Of a DNA stretch of 64,000 bases, positions 40,512 to 54,143 are shown in pieces; within the stretch, counting starts at the first letter, position 1, and every line of letters begins with the position of its first letter. The notes beneath the pieces are model-generated. The model did no database searches, was not told the DNA's origin, and saw only the letters and a program-made list of their open reading frames with translations. This DNA is from Epiperipatus broadwayi (lineage: Eukaryota; Animalia; Onychophora). The DNA lies in NCBI GenBank assembly GCA_028023455.1, contig JAQFVV010000007.1:7502001-7566000 (forward strand), given 5' to 3'. The translations under genes and the position numbers were made by a program.

Positions 40512-41355
40512 ACGACTAGAGGGCAGTAGAAATTACCATAAAATAATGAAAATGTTCGGTAGGCTACAGTTTATGGATAATAAAAGAATAGCCAAAATAG
40601 TATTTAATTGGGTTATGAATAAAGGGCAGGCAACAAGATGGGCGCGAACGGTAATACATTATGCAGAAGATTTAGATAGAGAATTTATGTCAGTATACTT
40701 ATACTAAAGGTGGGATGATTGTGTTAGGAAAATTGTTGAGTGGTTTAGTGTTAAGGAATAAGATAGAAGAATAGATGCATTAATAAAGAATAGGGAGTTG
40801 GAGAGATGGAGAGCTAGTATGGAGAGTAAAAAGGGTTTATATATTTATAGAAGTAAACAAAATAATGAGTGTGAGTTAATTTATGGTAATAGCAAGGAAA
40901 GTAGTTTATTGTTTAAGGCTCGAGTGGGATCTTTAGCAACAAGGGAATATACATGTAAATGGAAAAATATGGGTGATTTAGTCTGCAAGCTGTGTAAGGA
41001 TGGTATAGAAAATATTAGGCATCTGTTAATTGAATGTAAATGCCTGAAAGCAGAAAGGATACAAATAATGAAGTTGTGGAAGAATAAATATGAACAAAGT
41101 GATTATACAAAAAAATGGCTTATTGGTTTTCATGCTGGGTTTGAGAAAAGATAAGAAGGTTTTAGATCTAAAGGCCATGGAGTTGACAAAGATTATGTTG
41201 TGGAAATGTGATGGAGCAGGGTAGGAAATAATATGGGAAAACTTGGAGTGGATAATGGAAAGGAGTTCAAAGTGGCTAATAGGTTTCTCTGGGCATAGTT
41301 TCTGAGAGATTCCTTACTCTGTATAAGGAGAAGCCACAGTGCATCACATCACATC
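40512..41355 (+). mobile_element. 5'-truncated LINE ORF2 3' end with CCHC zinc knuckle and (CACAT)n tail
   Basis: Reads 'FGRLQFMDNKRIAK...WRASMESKKGLYIYRSK...SSLLFKARVGSLAT...CKLCKDGIENIRHLLIEC'. This includes a C-X2-C-X7-H-X4-C motif. The clade is not assigned. Confidence 0.9.
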
Positions 41356-41814
41356 AACAGTTGTGTTGCAACTAGGGTTACAAAAATCAAAATAATGCTT
41401 AAAAAATACACCCATTTCTTGTTAAACAAATATTAATCCAAATCTTTATTATAGATAAAAATATAATTACAATTTCCTGTCAATAATTCCAAATGTATAT
41501 TCAATGTTTTGAATTTAATACTAATTGTCTACAAAAACTTAATATTACTTTTTTTGGAGATATTGAAAATATGAAGAATTTACTTTACAATATGTTTCTC
41601 TTATGACTTATAATAGCAGTTTGATGAGGTAAAACAAATCATGGATTTAGCTCTCGAACTAGGATTGAAGGTTTAATATATTATAATCATAAGTAATTGT
41701 CTTACAAGTAGTACATTGGCAATTGAGATTATTCTGAGATCTTTATTGTTCCAGATGAAAATTACAATACATATTTTAAAAAATAAATAGTATATTGTTT
41801 GGGAATTCAAAAGT

Positions 41815-41897
41815 GGAGGCGACAGTGCTGGGCTGTGATCCATTGAACTTGAAGTCCAGAATATGCTTCTCTACCAATGTACCAAACCATTTAGGCA
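41815..41897 (-). mobile_element. tRNA-derived SINE head relic
   Basis: The reverse complement 'tggtacattggtagag...ggatcacagccc' gives degenerate A and B boxes. It is similar to 10884-10965, and weaker relatives lie near 37925, 54836 and 58105. Confidence 0.4.
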
Positions 41898-42464
41898 ATA
41901 CAATTATTATCAACAGGATGAATAGCTAGAATGATTATGATTTAATTTGCTTAAAAAATCTCCATTCAGCTGATAAAACTTTCAAGCACTGCCTAAATTT
42001 GAAATCATGTTATAATAATGGAACTAATCGTATCCTTCTGTTCAAAAGAGTAACCACATTAAATGAAAGTGTAAAAAGATGTTATAGAAAATGCATCTGA
42101 TATAATCATAAAATATATACATATTTTGAATCAATAAATCTATTTGATTTCTTCATAAAATTTGCATACAAACCATATACACATATATATAATATGCTAG
42201 TTACTATTTAATCTCATTTGTAAATCAATAAATACTGGTTCATATATTTGGAGCAATATGAAGGCAGATTTGGTGGTTTTAGCAAATATTTTTCAAAAGT
42301 TAACTTTTCATGACAAATTGAGTAATCAATCATGATTATAAGACATTATAACAAACATCATTATATGTGTTTATATCATCAAGTTATGTAGTGGATCATG
42401 GAATGTGTGGCATCACAGTTAAGAATTGAACACACACATCCAGCTCAATATCAAAATTGCAATT

Positions 42465-43339
42465 TATGAGGGGAAGCCCAAAAATATCTGGAATGATTCT
42501 CTGATTTGTGTGCCTTCTTCTGTTATATGCTTCTTACTAGGACTCTTCTGCATCAATATACCAAATAAAAATAACATTGGTGTGTACCATTGTAGGGCCA
42601 TATAGCAAACTTTTTGTAAAGTGTGTCTTGCATACTTCTCAATATTTTTTATAGTGGCTGAAAAATTTGACAATGTAAAATTCTGTTTTCATTTCCAGAA
42701 AACAATAAGGAAAAAGTTGTAAGGTCTAAAACAGATTACAGGAAATCTGATGTCATAAAAACAAAAATTTATGAGTAGTTTAATTGAAATGTTAAATTCA
42801 TCACATCTATAAAAAGTGTCAACAATTGAAGTCCATAGTCAAAACAAGACTGGTCTTTTATTGATGCAAATAATATTTTTCTCTCAAATTTAGTTTGTAA
42901 TGGTCAGACAATTTATCTGCAAATTCTGATGTGATATGGTAAAACATAAACATCCTGTTTTGTGACAATGAAAACAGTGCAAGTTCCACTCACACAAAGT
43001 GTCATCTCTCAAAGCCTTGAGTACGAAACACTTAATTAAATTCAGCATGATTAGGCTTATATATTACCCATATTCACTTGATTTTGCTTAATGTGATTTT
43101 TTTTTAATCTCTTCAATGAAAAATTGTCTCAATTTTTATTGCTGACTTAGAACTGAGGCATTAAAATGCATCACTTTGCAAGTGTGTCTGGACTACTTTA
43201 AAAAGTGACAAACTGGTTTAGACAGGTGCATTGCATTAAATAGACTATACTTTTTAAACAATTCAATTTGACACACTCAAAAATAAACATACATTTTTTT
43301 TATTACAAAATTCCAGTTATTTTTGCATCATCCTGTGTA
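42465..43339 (+). mobile_element. Mariner (Tc1/mariner) transposon remnant, internally deleted
   Basis: 'YPYSLDFA*CDFFLISSMKNCL' (~43065-43130) corresponds to the mariner motif YSPDLAPxDFxLF. 'FKK*QTGLDRCIALNRLYF' resembles the C-terminus. Degenerate TIRs share 'aaaata.ctggaat' at both ends, each flanked by TA. Confidence 0.8.
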
Positions 43340-46049
43340 TGTTTCTGTCATTGAGAAGTTATCAATTTGAACATAACTAGCTTCTGATTTGACTGCTGGA
43401 GCATCTTTATAATGTAGAGATGCAGTGACAGCAACATTTCATTATGGGTCTATGTTTATGATGATAAATTGTCATAATTATAACCCTTTCTCTTCTATTT
43501 AGCCGTACTGAATTAATATAATTCCATTTTTGAACTGCATGATGATCATAGTTTTAATTAATTCAGACATGAGCCTGCATTTTAAATGAATTCTATACTT
43601 GTAAAACTTTACCTGCATTGAAAATTGTTGAAAGTTTTCTCAAAAAAAGGACTGTTGTCCTTAAATTTAAATTGTAATATTAATGTTACTCTAAGTGATA
43701 ATAACTTGTAGTTTTTTTAAAAAAAATAGATTTTAACATAATGTTTGTTTTTTTGTTGAAAGAAAATACCCAGAAAGTTTTTGTTTTTCGAATTTAGTTT
43801 TCGCATGAATATTTTGAAATATAATTTTAAATGATTTTTTGCTTGTTTATTAAGTATTTTTGATCATTTGTACACACTAATTGGTTCATTATTATAAAAA
43901 ACCACACAGATAAACTTTCAATTTATTCATTTAAGTTTTATTTTTAAAAATGAAAGTTAATAAACTTGACTGTAATTTAATAAAAAAAATGACAATGTTT
44001 GTTCATCATTATTTCTCAAAATTGATTTCATGCTATAATATTTTAAAATATTGTAATTATTTTAACAAAAATAAGATTTTAAAGCACAAATTGATAGTCT
44101 TAACATAAATCCACCTTTATTCATTCAGAGACAAAAAAACTTAAAATAAAATGAATTTGTTTTACTGTCAGTTTTTACACAAATATCTGTCATGGCCTTT
44201 ATGATACATTGTTATATTTATAGGTCACTTTTTAATTATTTAAAGTTGCCAAATGTGATTTTTAAAGATAATATTAACTTATAAAATAAAATTAAAAAGA
44301 AATGAAGTCCAACTTATTGAGTTTTAGTATAAAATAATGATTTTATAAAAACAGAAAGATTGAACATTTCGAAAACTCTCACCATATTGAATAATAGAAT
44401 GTGTCAGAAAGCAAAAGGGTTAATACATCTTTTGTAGTATATAAATGTCTTTCAGTTCTTTTGCATATAGCGTTTCAAATGCATGATCAATTGCTCCAAC
44501 TAAAAAGCTCATTCATTTATTCTTGTCCAGTTATTTTTCTTTACTACTAATTACTAGCAGTTTTTCAGTTTTTGGATTTAATTAAATCCATTTGAACAAA
44601 TGAAGATAATATTTTAAATTCATAATCTTAATTAATGATAATTAGTTGTTTTATAATTAGCCTATATTTTCATTTTTTATTTAAGTGTACATAAACTTGA
44701 AATTTTCAAAATAAATTAATTTATTATTTCACTGAGAAAATTCGATGTTGATTTTTCTAAACTTGTTTTTATTTTTTTATATTTCATACTTTATATATTT
44801 AATTTTGCTATTCTTATATTTCCTTCTTTTAAAATCTGCATAAAGATATTTTCACTCTCAATATGTTTCTATGTTAAGAATTAAAATTAGGCCAATAACA
44901 GGTTCTTACAGACCTTGACTATATATATTGAGTTTTACATTCACATATAATAATGTGAGTAATTTTCTATTTGTAGTGTATGCATAATTTTACAAAAATT
45001 TACTTGTAATACAATTCATTCATTTTACCTTTAAAATAAGACAATTTTTCTCTTTCACTATAAAAATAACTGAACATTCAACTCTTTTCCTGTATTCTTA
45101 ATGAGTTTAAAAAACTCTACTTAATTTGATAATGAATAATTGTCAACTACAAAAATTAGGCCTCATAAAATTTTATAATCATTATATTTCAATCATTTCT
45201 TTTTACTTGCATAACCATTATGCTAACTTTTATTTAATTTTACTTTATCAGGATTTTTTTTTTTCATTCAATCATTTATTTTTAATATTCAGCACCGAAT
45301 ATTTAAATAAAATTTCTTATATTTTTAAACTCCAATGATTTCTTTTGAGATTTCCACCTTCTAAAACAATGAGATGGTGGAATATTTATACACATTTCAC
45401 ATTAAAATAATTGTGCTAATTTAGTATTGTATTTTGATTTAAACTGTCTTTATTTTATCTTCTTTGGAGACAATTATTTAGCTGGATAATTTTTATTGTG
45501 CCCATTGCCATTATGGTTGCCTTTGTGACCTTTTGCAAAAAAAAAATATCATCCTTGAAAGTCCATTTAATAATTTGAAATGATGATTAGATAAGTGATC
45601 AGCTTAATTATTTTTAATGATTTTGTTTTGAAAACAATATACATACAAATTTAACAGCAGTACCTTCCCAGACTTCTCTGTCAATTACATATATATATAT
45701 AATCAACCCATTATATATTTCTTCAGACATCCTGCTTGCATATTATAATTATGATCCAACATTGTTATACATATTCATTCACATAATTTATATCCAAACC
45801 CATGAACACGTTGACCGAATTACAGCTGAGTGACATTAGACCTCCTACCATTTGGTACAGTCAAAAATAGAGAGTTGAAGAATACAAAGTTCCTGTTACT
45901 GGTACACATATGCCATTAGAAAATCTCTATTTAAAAGATATACAAATAAACATAATGCTCTTAAGAGAATTAGAAATTATATAGACTGTGTGGTAAACTT
46001 GCACACACAACTATGACAAAGTAAACAGGAATTTTTCTATAAAATATAC

Positions 46050-47750
46050 ACTTTCATTATATACTTTTGTTTACTGAAAGAACTTTTATACATCTATTGT
46101 TTCTAGATCTTCTTTTGTTTTTCCTCAATTCTCTATGATGTGATTTCAAAGATGGGCTCTGATCTTCAATTTCACTTGTTAATTTTCTATACTACTTCTT
46201 GATTATTAGCATTTATATTTTGGACTAACTTTTCCATCACTCTATTATATATTTTAACATGTGAATATTTGCAGCTACTTCCATTTAGTAGTTTCTCTAG
46301 CATTACTTGAACATCTTTATTGTTATTATTGTTATGTTACTTTCTCTCATAATCTGTAATTCTGGCTCTTTTACTTCTTGTAGCTTTCGACTTTTATTGA
46401 TTAAATTATCTAGTACATCTAAAATCTTTATCTCTATTATCTATTTCTTACCTTTCCATACTTTATTTTTATATTTTTGCTTTTAATTTCATTCTGGTTA
46501 GCATTTGTTTAATCTGACTTCTATTTTTGTATTTTTTACTTCATTGAATAGAACATCAAATCAAATGAGATTGTCTTAAATAAGCTATATTTATTATTTA
46601 ACCTAATTGGTTGTCTATGTGGTTCTTAACTTATTGGTCTCATTTCAAATGTATACATAACAATTCACTAAAAATCTTGAGAACTTATATTTAGAACTGG
46701 GACAATTTGTTCTATCATATCATATACATTCTTGAGTAAATAGCTGATAATGATTATAACATAATCAAAAGCACTTCTGTTTAATTAATATATCTACTAT
46801 TACTATAATTTAAAATTTATATATATATAACAAAATATATAAACCTAATCTTTTTTTTTTTAATTCTTGAGGTTTCTTATTTATATGAATAGCATATTAA
46901 AAAGGTCTTATTATAACTTCTTTGATAACTCAGTAAGCATACTATCATAGATATACCTTTATATCTTTACTTAAATAAAAAAAAAAGTTTTTGTCTTTGG
47001 AATCATTGAAAGTTAAGTTCATATCTGTTAGTTGATTCAGATTGACATTTTCTTAATAACAGTAATCTTCACCATCGATATGTAAGCTATACAAGATAGA
47101 AATAATGAAACATTTTTACTATGGGCAAATAAAATTTACATCTTATATCAACACCCATTTCCAGACTAATAGTATGCATTTTTGATAGCTGGAAGATCTA
47201 TATCATTTGAGATTTAGCTGTTGCACTTTGATTGGCTTAGCACATTATTTTCATTATAGAAAAATTTACACTTGCAGTTATGTTTAAATTAGTACAGGAA
47301 AATGTTTGTACAATGAGATTATTTGAAGACAAATAGTCATGGCAAACTTATTGCTGTGAGAGACAACTGCTGCAACCTAGAATATTCTTATATTTTGATA
47401 GCTTCTGTAATTTGATCAGTTACATGATATTCTTGATATGCACTTTGACTCCTATCCAATCTCTTCTTTTCTTTCCTTATCCAGTATATATAGGTATTGG
47501 CAACATATCTTCCCATCAATCTCATTTTGTTTTACTTTGTTTTCTTGCTTTACTTTTCTGGTGATTACTACTAGACAGATGTTATTCTTTTTTTGTTTTA
47601 ACTTTAATTAAACTTGGTAATTACTACTAATCAGTTGTTTTTTGATCATCAGCATATGGATTTAACTTCAGTTAAAAAAAATGAATTCTGACTTTTTTGG
47701 AAACTCATATCTAACAATTCAATTTTGATCTTATACATTTTTATTCATAT
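46050..47750 (-). mobile_element. Possible decayed LINE endonuclease and linker relic
   Basis: The minus strand has 'DIDLPAI' (~47170; cf. GDFNLP) and an 'R.DR...GV'-like stretch (~47470). The region is strand-biased purine-rich with many stops. Confidence 0.25.
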
Positions 47751-49210
47751 ATCCATATTCTCCTTCTCTTTTCTATAAGATAGTATAAATTGTTTATTAC
47801 TAACACCCTGTTTGGCTATAATCACTGACTAGATGATATAAATTACTTTTAAAATACATGCTGTTTTACAAAAGGTTTTATTTAAGTAAATCATTTTTAT
47901 GAATAAAAATATTATTATTAAATTTTATTTGAATTAAATATTCAGTTTTAATAAAATATAAGTCATCAACTGAGAGAATCTCTTGTCTTCTTTTAATTAC
48001 TTTTATTTTGTTGCTTTGAAAATGTTTGATCTGTCTCTCTATTTGGGTTTAGGATAATTTATAATTATGTAGTAATGATGGTATATTTGGCTAAGTTTGT
48101 ATAATTACAATGTATATTAATTTAACATAATCTGAGCATTCATATGTAGATATGCTTTACAAAGTACCAATGCATAAAATAGAAAAAAAACAATAAGTTT
48201 TATTTATCTTAAAGAATTAAATGTTGAGCTCAAATCACAGCTATTCTTGCTAACCCAAAAGAATGATTATACTTTGTATGCATCATAATCACTTATGTTA
48301 TGTAGTTTATATATAACCAAATTTCATATCTTACTCATAAATGATTAGATTTCAAACAAACACCAACTCATACTCGAACTTGGATTAAGTCACATTTAAC
48401 TATAATTATTGTAGGATGGTTATATTACAGATATTCATTGACACACTATTTATGTTACAGTACATAAATATGCACAATGTATATATAATACTTTTCCCTA
48501 TCTTAATATTTATATTTTTCTGTAGTTTTTTAAAATTATCTTATTTAATACATATTTTTCTCAAAATCAACTGGCATTTTCTTTTAAATTGGTATTAGCT
48601 ATTTCCACCATTTGATTTAAATATTTACTACAATAAATTATGTTATCATTCACATTTATGTTATATTCAATAACTTGGAAAAATTTCCCCTTAAAGTCCT
48701 TTCAATATTTCTTTCTTTCTTGATGCAGAACTTTTTAAACATAAAATGTAGCTATAATTTTATTGTTATTAAAGTACTGTATGAATCTACAGATATGCAC
48801 ACATACTTATTGTAATCTTAATGTAAAAAAAAATGTGTATAGTGGAGCTGTGGATTATACTGTATCTAACTGTATAACTTTAATTATAAACTATCTAAAG
48901 AAAAAGGTAAGCAACAAAAATGTAAATAGGCAAACAAACAAAAAAATACATTAAAATTCGCAACTATTGCAATATTTGACCAGCTATTTTTTCTTCTCTG
49001 AGCACCATACATGATCATATTTAAAAAAAAAAAAAGTAAAATTTGTAAACAAATATTACAATATGCCAATAGCCATTTATCCACCTTGAAGCCCCATACA
49101 GAACTATAAATATTAATAAAATTTCTTAGATTTATATTGAAAGCACATAATTTTATTCTTCATTATCTTTTCTGAATTTGATGTGCAGTATTTTGTGTAA
49201 TAAAATATTT

Positions 49211-49917
49211 TTAAACCACTAAACATCACATGATCACCTTCTCATACTAGCACATAATTATTGTAAACAACAGCAAAACTCTCCATACAGTAGTGCCACC
49301 CTGTGCTAACCAGAGTAATCAACAGATGCCAGAAGGCTTGTGCATAAAATCCCTATCTAGTGCCTACTCTTTCAATATCCCCAGACTAGTTTCTGGCTTC
49401 TTTTGATTACTCTGGTTAGCACAGGGTGGCACTACTGTATGGAGAGTTTTGCTTTTGTTTACAACAATTATGTGCTAGTATGAGAAGGTGATCATGTGAT
49501 GTTTAGTGGTTTAACACCAATCCTGCCTAATAGGATAGTGGTGGCTATGATTGTTTAAGAGCCAAAGACACCAAAATGTATGGGTGCTGAATTGAGTTCA
49601 GACTCATATGACTATATAAGCTATTGAGCTTAGAATGAAAATATTTTTATGTTTTCAATTTCATTCTCATAGTTTTGTAGTAAAGTAGAGTTAAAAAGTG
49701 GCTGCTGGAGGATTGCATTAGATCTTAAGATCTAGGTGCAGTGCTCTCAGATCCAAGGCTCCTCACTGATGATGGTCACAAGCTAGAAACTAGTCTGGGG
49801 ATATTGGAAGAGTAGGCACTAGATATGGATTTTATGCACAAGCCTTCTGGCATCTATTGATTACTTTGGTTAGCACAGGGTGGCACTACTGTATGGAGAG
49901 TTTTGCTTTTGTTTAAT
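49211..49917. mobile_element. HHR-repeat family 1, locus C (best preserved): inverted truncated copy plus ~1.1 monomers; PLE pseudo-LTR or retrozyme-like
   Basis: The 112-bp inverted arms (49211-49322 and 49403-49514) have about 2 mismatches. A direct repeat at 49403 and 49857 gives a 454-nt period. The HHR is at 49760-49801 and there is no ORF. Confidence 0.9.
49760..49801 (+). ncRNA. Minimal type I hammerhead ribozyme with intact core
   Basis: tcctca-CTGATGA-tggt(cacaa)gcta-GAAAC-TA-GTC-tgggga. Stem I UCCUCA/UGGGGA is 6 bp, stem II is 4 bp with G-U pairs, and stem III is the palindrome ACTAGT. Cleavage is predicted after 49795 (GUC). Confidence 0.9.
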
Positions 49918-50175
49918 AAAATATTTTCTGAGCCTAAACTAAATGATTTATAAAATTTTAGAATATATTAAAAGTTGATAGAATTTAAAACTATCAAACT
50001 AATTAGATATATAGTAATGTCTTGATAACAAAATTATTATTATGTTCTTAGAAAAATAAAAAGTTATTGTTGGGGGAAGATATTGCCCAGAACTTATTTA
50101 ATAATGATGAAAGTCAGTTATTTTATAATTTACATTATTTTAAAAATGAAGATCTAGTGTCTGAATATTCTAACT

Positions 50176-50220
50176 TCTCACTGAGGTGAGCCATAAGCTC
50201 GAAACCAATTGGTCTTGAGA
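50176..50220 (+). ncRNA. Type I hammerhead relic of a distinct family
   Basis: tctca-CTGAGGT-gagc(cataa)gctc-GAAA-CCAATTGG-TC-ttgaga. Stem II is perfect, stem III is palindromic and a GUC site is present. A9 reads T and stem I has a 1-nt bulge. Confidence 0.7.
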
Positions 50221-51484
50221 TAAGAATGTTCTGGATAGAGATTTTAAATATTTTCTCTTACCCCACTTATCAATTAAGAGCTTGCTTTGAGCTATTGTTA
50301 TGCTCTCTTTATTGCATTTTTGTAAATACTAGCTTATAAAAGCAATGTCATGTTATACATGTCTTGCTTTATTGATTAATATAAAAATATAGCACTTAGT
50401 TTTTTTTCTTATTTTTATTGCTTCAGTGAATGCACAAGGGAACAAACACAATTGATAAAATATATGTAAATGTCTTCCATCAATTTATTATTAATAACTA
50501 TACTATTATTTTTAAAATTTTGTTTACAATATAATCTTGATTTATATTATTACTACATAGAAAAAAGATCTGTTTTATATATATATATATGTGTGTGTGC
50601 ATGTTGAAAAGTACTATACAGTTACAGTTGAATAAACAATATGCATTCTATTCTAATTAATGTTTATCAACAAAACATGAGCTATTACGTGCTGTATAAA
50701 TTTGTACACAAGGGAATCACGGAAAAAATATAGCATAGTTCACAACTCCACTGTAATTTTGATAAAATTTATTTTATCATGGTCTCCCTTGAATAAATCT
50801 TTCATCTTATCATTTTTAAAATCATGTGCTTATCATTATTAACTATTTTTTCAATAAAAACATATTATTCTATATTTCTTATTCTTTAAATCCTAATCTA
50901 TAGTCTTCTACAATTTCTTTTCTTCTCTGGATTATTATAGCATTCCAATTATGTCAGTATCATTATTCTACTAATATTGTAATCTTTTTAATGATTCCTA
51001 TTTGTATAGTTTTATTTATTCAGTATAAGTATTTGTTTTAGGCAGAAAATTATTCAAACATTATAAAAAATTCTGTGACATTTCAACTATGAGACATAAC
51101 CAAACTATAGCTTTATTAACTTCAGTTCTACAATAGTATGCATAAATGAGACATTCATTAATTACAAGTTTCATGGTTTCTATTTCTGAAATTCTTATAA
51201 ATATGATATAAAAGAAAAAAAAGTTGATTAATAAATATAAGAAGGAAAAGAGTTAGGAGTTCTTGAATAGGACAGAGACAGAAATTTAAAAAAAGGTAAT
51301 ATGGTTTAGAGTAAAGAGAGGAGGTTATGTTTTTAATGAATGATATTTAAAAATCATATAAACAATCATATATAGTAAAAAAGAAAAACGCCAACACACA
51401 CACACAAAAGAAGTGTTACCCATTTATGACATGTTTATGAATGTTAAGTGTTTTACACAAAAAAGTAAGCAGCGGAATTAAGTC

Positions 51485-52830
51485 TATAAAAAATGAAAAA
51501 AAAATTACCCGAAATAAAAAAAATTATAAAAAATAAGTTAGAAAAAGCAAGTGAAGAAATAGAAAAACTATTTCTAAAACTATGAACCAAATATAGAAAT
51601 ATCCAAACTGTACCAAATGATTTTAAGAATGAAAGAATGATACTGATAGTCAATAAAGATAAAAAGAAAGACATTAGAAATTACAAACAACAATCTTCTC
51701 TCATTTCTATACAAAATCATGAATAAGATCATCACAAATCATTTGAGATTTACGAACTCAGACCAATACAAAGAACAACCTGAATTTAGATGAATTTAAA
51801 TGTGGTTGCAATACAGTAAGTCACATTGAAGTATTAAAAAAATCTATGAAAGAACCAATACTAGTTGCTATTTTGCATTAGATTTGGAGATTATGCAAAT
51901 ATATTTATTTGATTCTGGTAGCATTTCTGCTGCAACTAAAGCTTTAAAACATCATATGTGAACCCAAATGTTTTTGAATTTTGAAGACTGATTATCAAAA
52001 CGCAACAAAAAGGATTAGACTGTAGAGGGACTTTAAAAAGATTAACATTAATAAGGATGTAAGAAAAGTGATTCCACTTTTCAAAACAACTGTAAAATTG
52101 ATTGAAGTCAAATATCTTGTGGAATACATGAAGCTGACAGAGCAAAAGTACATTTATTTAAGTCATCTTGATTTGGGAACATTTTATGAATTAAATATAA
52201 AGCTAAGAGAATAAAAATAGATGGAGATTATTTAAATCATTAAGATTGGGAGAACATTATAAAAACTTAAAAAAAAAAACAAAAGACAATAAGTCAAAAT
52301 AAATCCCAGATAGATTAAAATAATTCTCAATGGCTTTTCAAAAAAAAAGGAATACTGATTGAAGAGTAAGAATTCATAAAAGTTGACAACTATAAGTAGA
52401 GTTTGGTTAGATAATTAATACAGACAATGGATGAAAACATTCAAAGCTTTTAAATTTAGATTAATGTAGGAATAATGCATTTTTTAAAAATAAAATATGT
52501 CTACTTATTTAAAGGGAAGATTTTTAGTTACTTGTGAATCTAAAAACAGAAGGCCAATACCAAGACTACAAGTAACAGGTTACAAAACATCTGTAAATGT
52601 TAACCAATTGAAATCGTATGTAATCAAGAATAAACAGATTTCATAAAAATTTAAAAATTATAAAAGTAAAATGGAATTGAGATGTTGGTAAAGAAGATGA
52701 CAATCGACTGATAAGTGCTTTTTGAAAAGCCCAAAAATCTAAAAATAAATAAAGGAGTCTATTTGTGAGAATGTGAAAAATGTTGCTACAGATCAGAAAA
52801 AATGGACTAAATTCAGAGAATTCATACTAT
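51485..52830 (+). mobile_element. Old decayed RTE-clade LINE (RT core to 3' region)
   Basis: Frame-broken motifs include 'VPNDFKNERMILIVNKDKKKDIRNY', 'YKIMNKIITN', 'EQPEFR', 'NATKRIRL...INI' and 'KWN..V.R.DDNR'. Confidence 0.7.
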
Positions 52831-53386
52831 ATTTGAAAATGATGTTGACGACATTTTTTTTTTTTAAAGAAAGACCTTTTTAACATCCACTGAAAACAAT
52901 TTTTCTTAGACTGGAAAAAAAAGAGGAAAAAAAACAACATTAAAAACAAATTAAAAAAAAACATTTTATTTATGTTCCTAAAATAGAACAATGACGAACA
53001 CTTAATGAAAAATACTTTGAAGTGTTTGTTCTATAAAAAGCTAAAGAAACACATTTTACATGTTAATATCATTCCGATAAATCTTTAGTTTTTTAAGTGG
53101 AATTTGTACAAAATATAATTAAAAATCAAAATGAATACTTTTACATTGGCTTAATCAAAATTATTGTTACAATCCATATTTTAATATATCTTTAAAATCA
53201 GTCATCGTTTAGACAAACCCAATATTAATAACAATCACCAATTTCAAACTGATGTCAAATCAACCTCTTTTAACATATCTATATATTCCTTGACCAATTC
53301 TCACATTTTTATTTTTTAAAACATTATTCAACCAGACGCTATGCATGTTTTATCTTATCTTTCATCTATATATTTAACCATCACTA

Positions 53387-54143
53387 ACTTGCAAATAATG
53401 CTTTAGAGCTACAGGAAATGTTGCAGGAGTTATCGATGAAAGTAGGAAAGTAGGACTAAAGATACATGTTAAAAAGACTAAAGTAATGATTAACAGATTT
53501 TCTCAAAATATAAAAATAAAGATTGATTATGATGAATTAAAAGAAGTTAACAGTTACAAATACCTTGGTCAGATTATTAATACAGATGGAAACATAATGG
53601 ATGAAATTAATCATAGAATTAAACTTGGTTGTAGTGCTTTTGGTAGAAATAACTTGATACTAAAAGGAAATATTGCCTACGTGTTTGGAAAGAAAGGTTT
53701 TTAATAAATGGGTTTTTCCAATTGTTACTTATGGATCTGAGACTTGGACACTTAATAGAAGAGCAATACAGAGACTTCAGACCACTCAAAGAAGTATGGA
53801 GAGATGCATCTTGGGAGTAACAAGAAGAGATTGAAAATGCAATGTATGGGTAAGAGAACAAACAGGTGTTACTGACCTCATTGAAAAAATTAAAAGACTG
53901 AAGTGGAGTTGGGCTGGACATATTGCTAGAAGAGATTATAATGTATGGACAATTGAAATTTTAAACTGGATTTCAAGAGATTGTAAAAGACCCAGAAAGA
54001 GGCCACATGTGAGATGGATGGATGAAATAAGAAAGTGTGCAGGGGTGATTTGGAAAAGAGAAGCTAAAGATAGAAAAAGATGAATTGAACTTGGAGAGAC
54101 CTTCATCCTGCAGTGGATTGATAATGGTTGATGATGATGATGA
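53387..54143 (+). mobile_element. 5'-truncated RTE (BovB-like) LINE 3' end with (GAT)n tail
   Basis: Reads 'LQEMLQEL...KTKVMIN...YKYLGQ...EINHRIKLG.SAFG...VTYGSETWTL...LKWSWAGHIARR...KRP..RWMDEIRK...ETFILQWIDNG*', followed by gatgatgatgatga. Confidence 0.93.

Noticed and set aside
49211-49514. MITE interpretation of the family-1 hairpins
   Set aside because: Arm length and endpoints differ between loci and the sequence continues as a longer unit on one side, so these are not fixed TIRs.
49488-49520. tRNA A-box-like 'gtgatgtttagtggtttaacac' in family 1, suggesting a SINE
   Set aside because: There is no B-box at suitable spacing, no cloverleaf and no poly-A or simple tail. The architecture fits PLE or retrozyme better.
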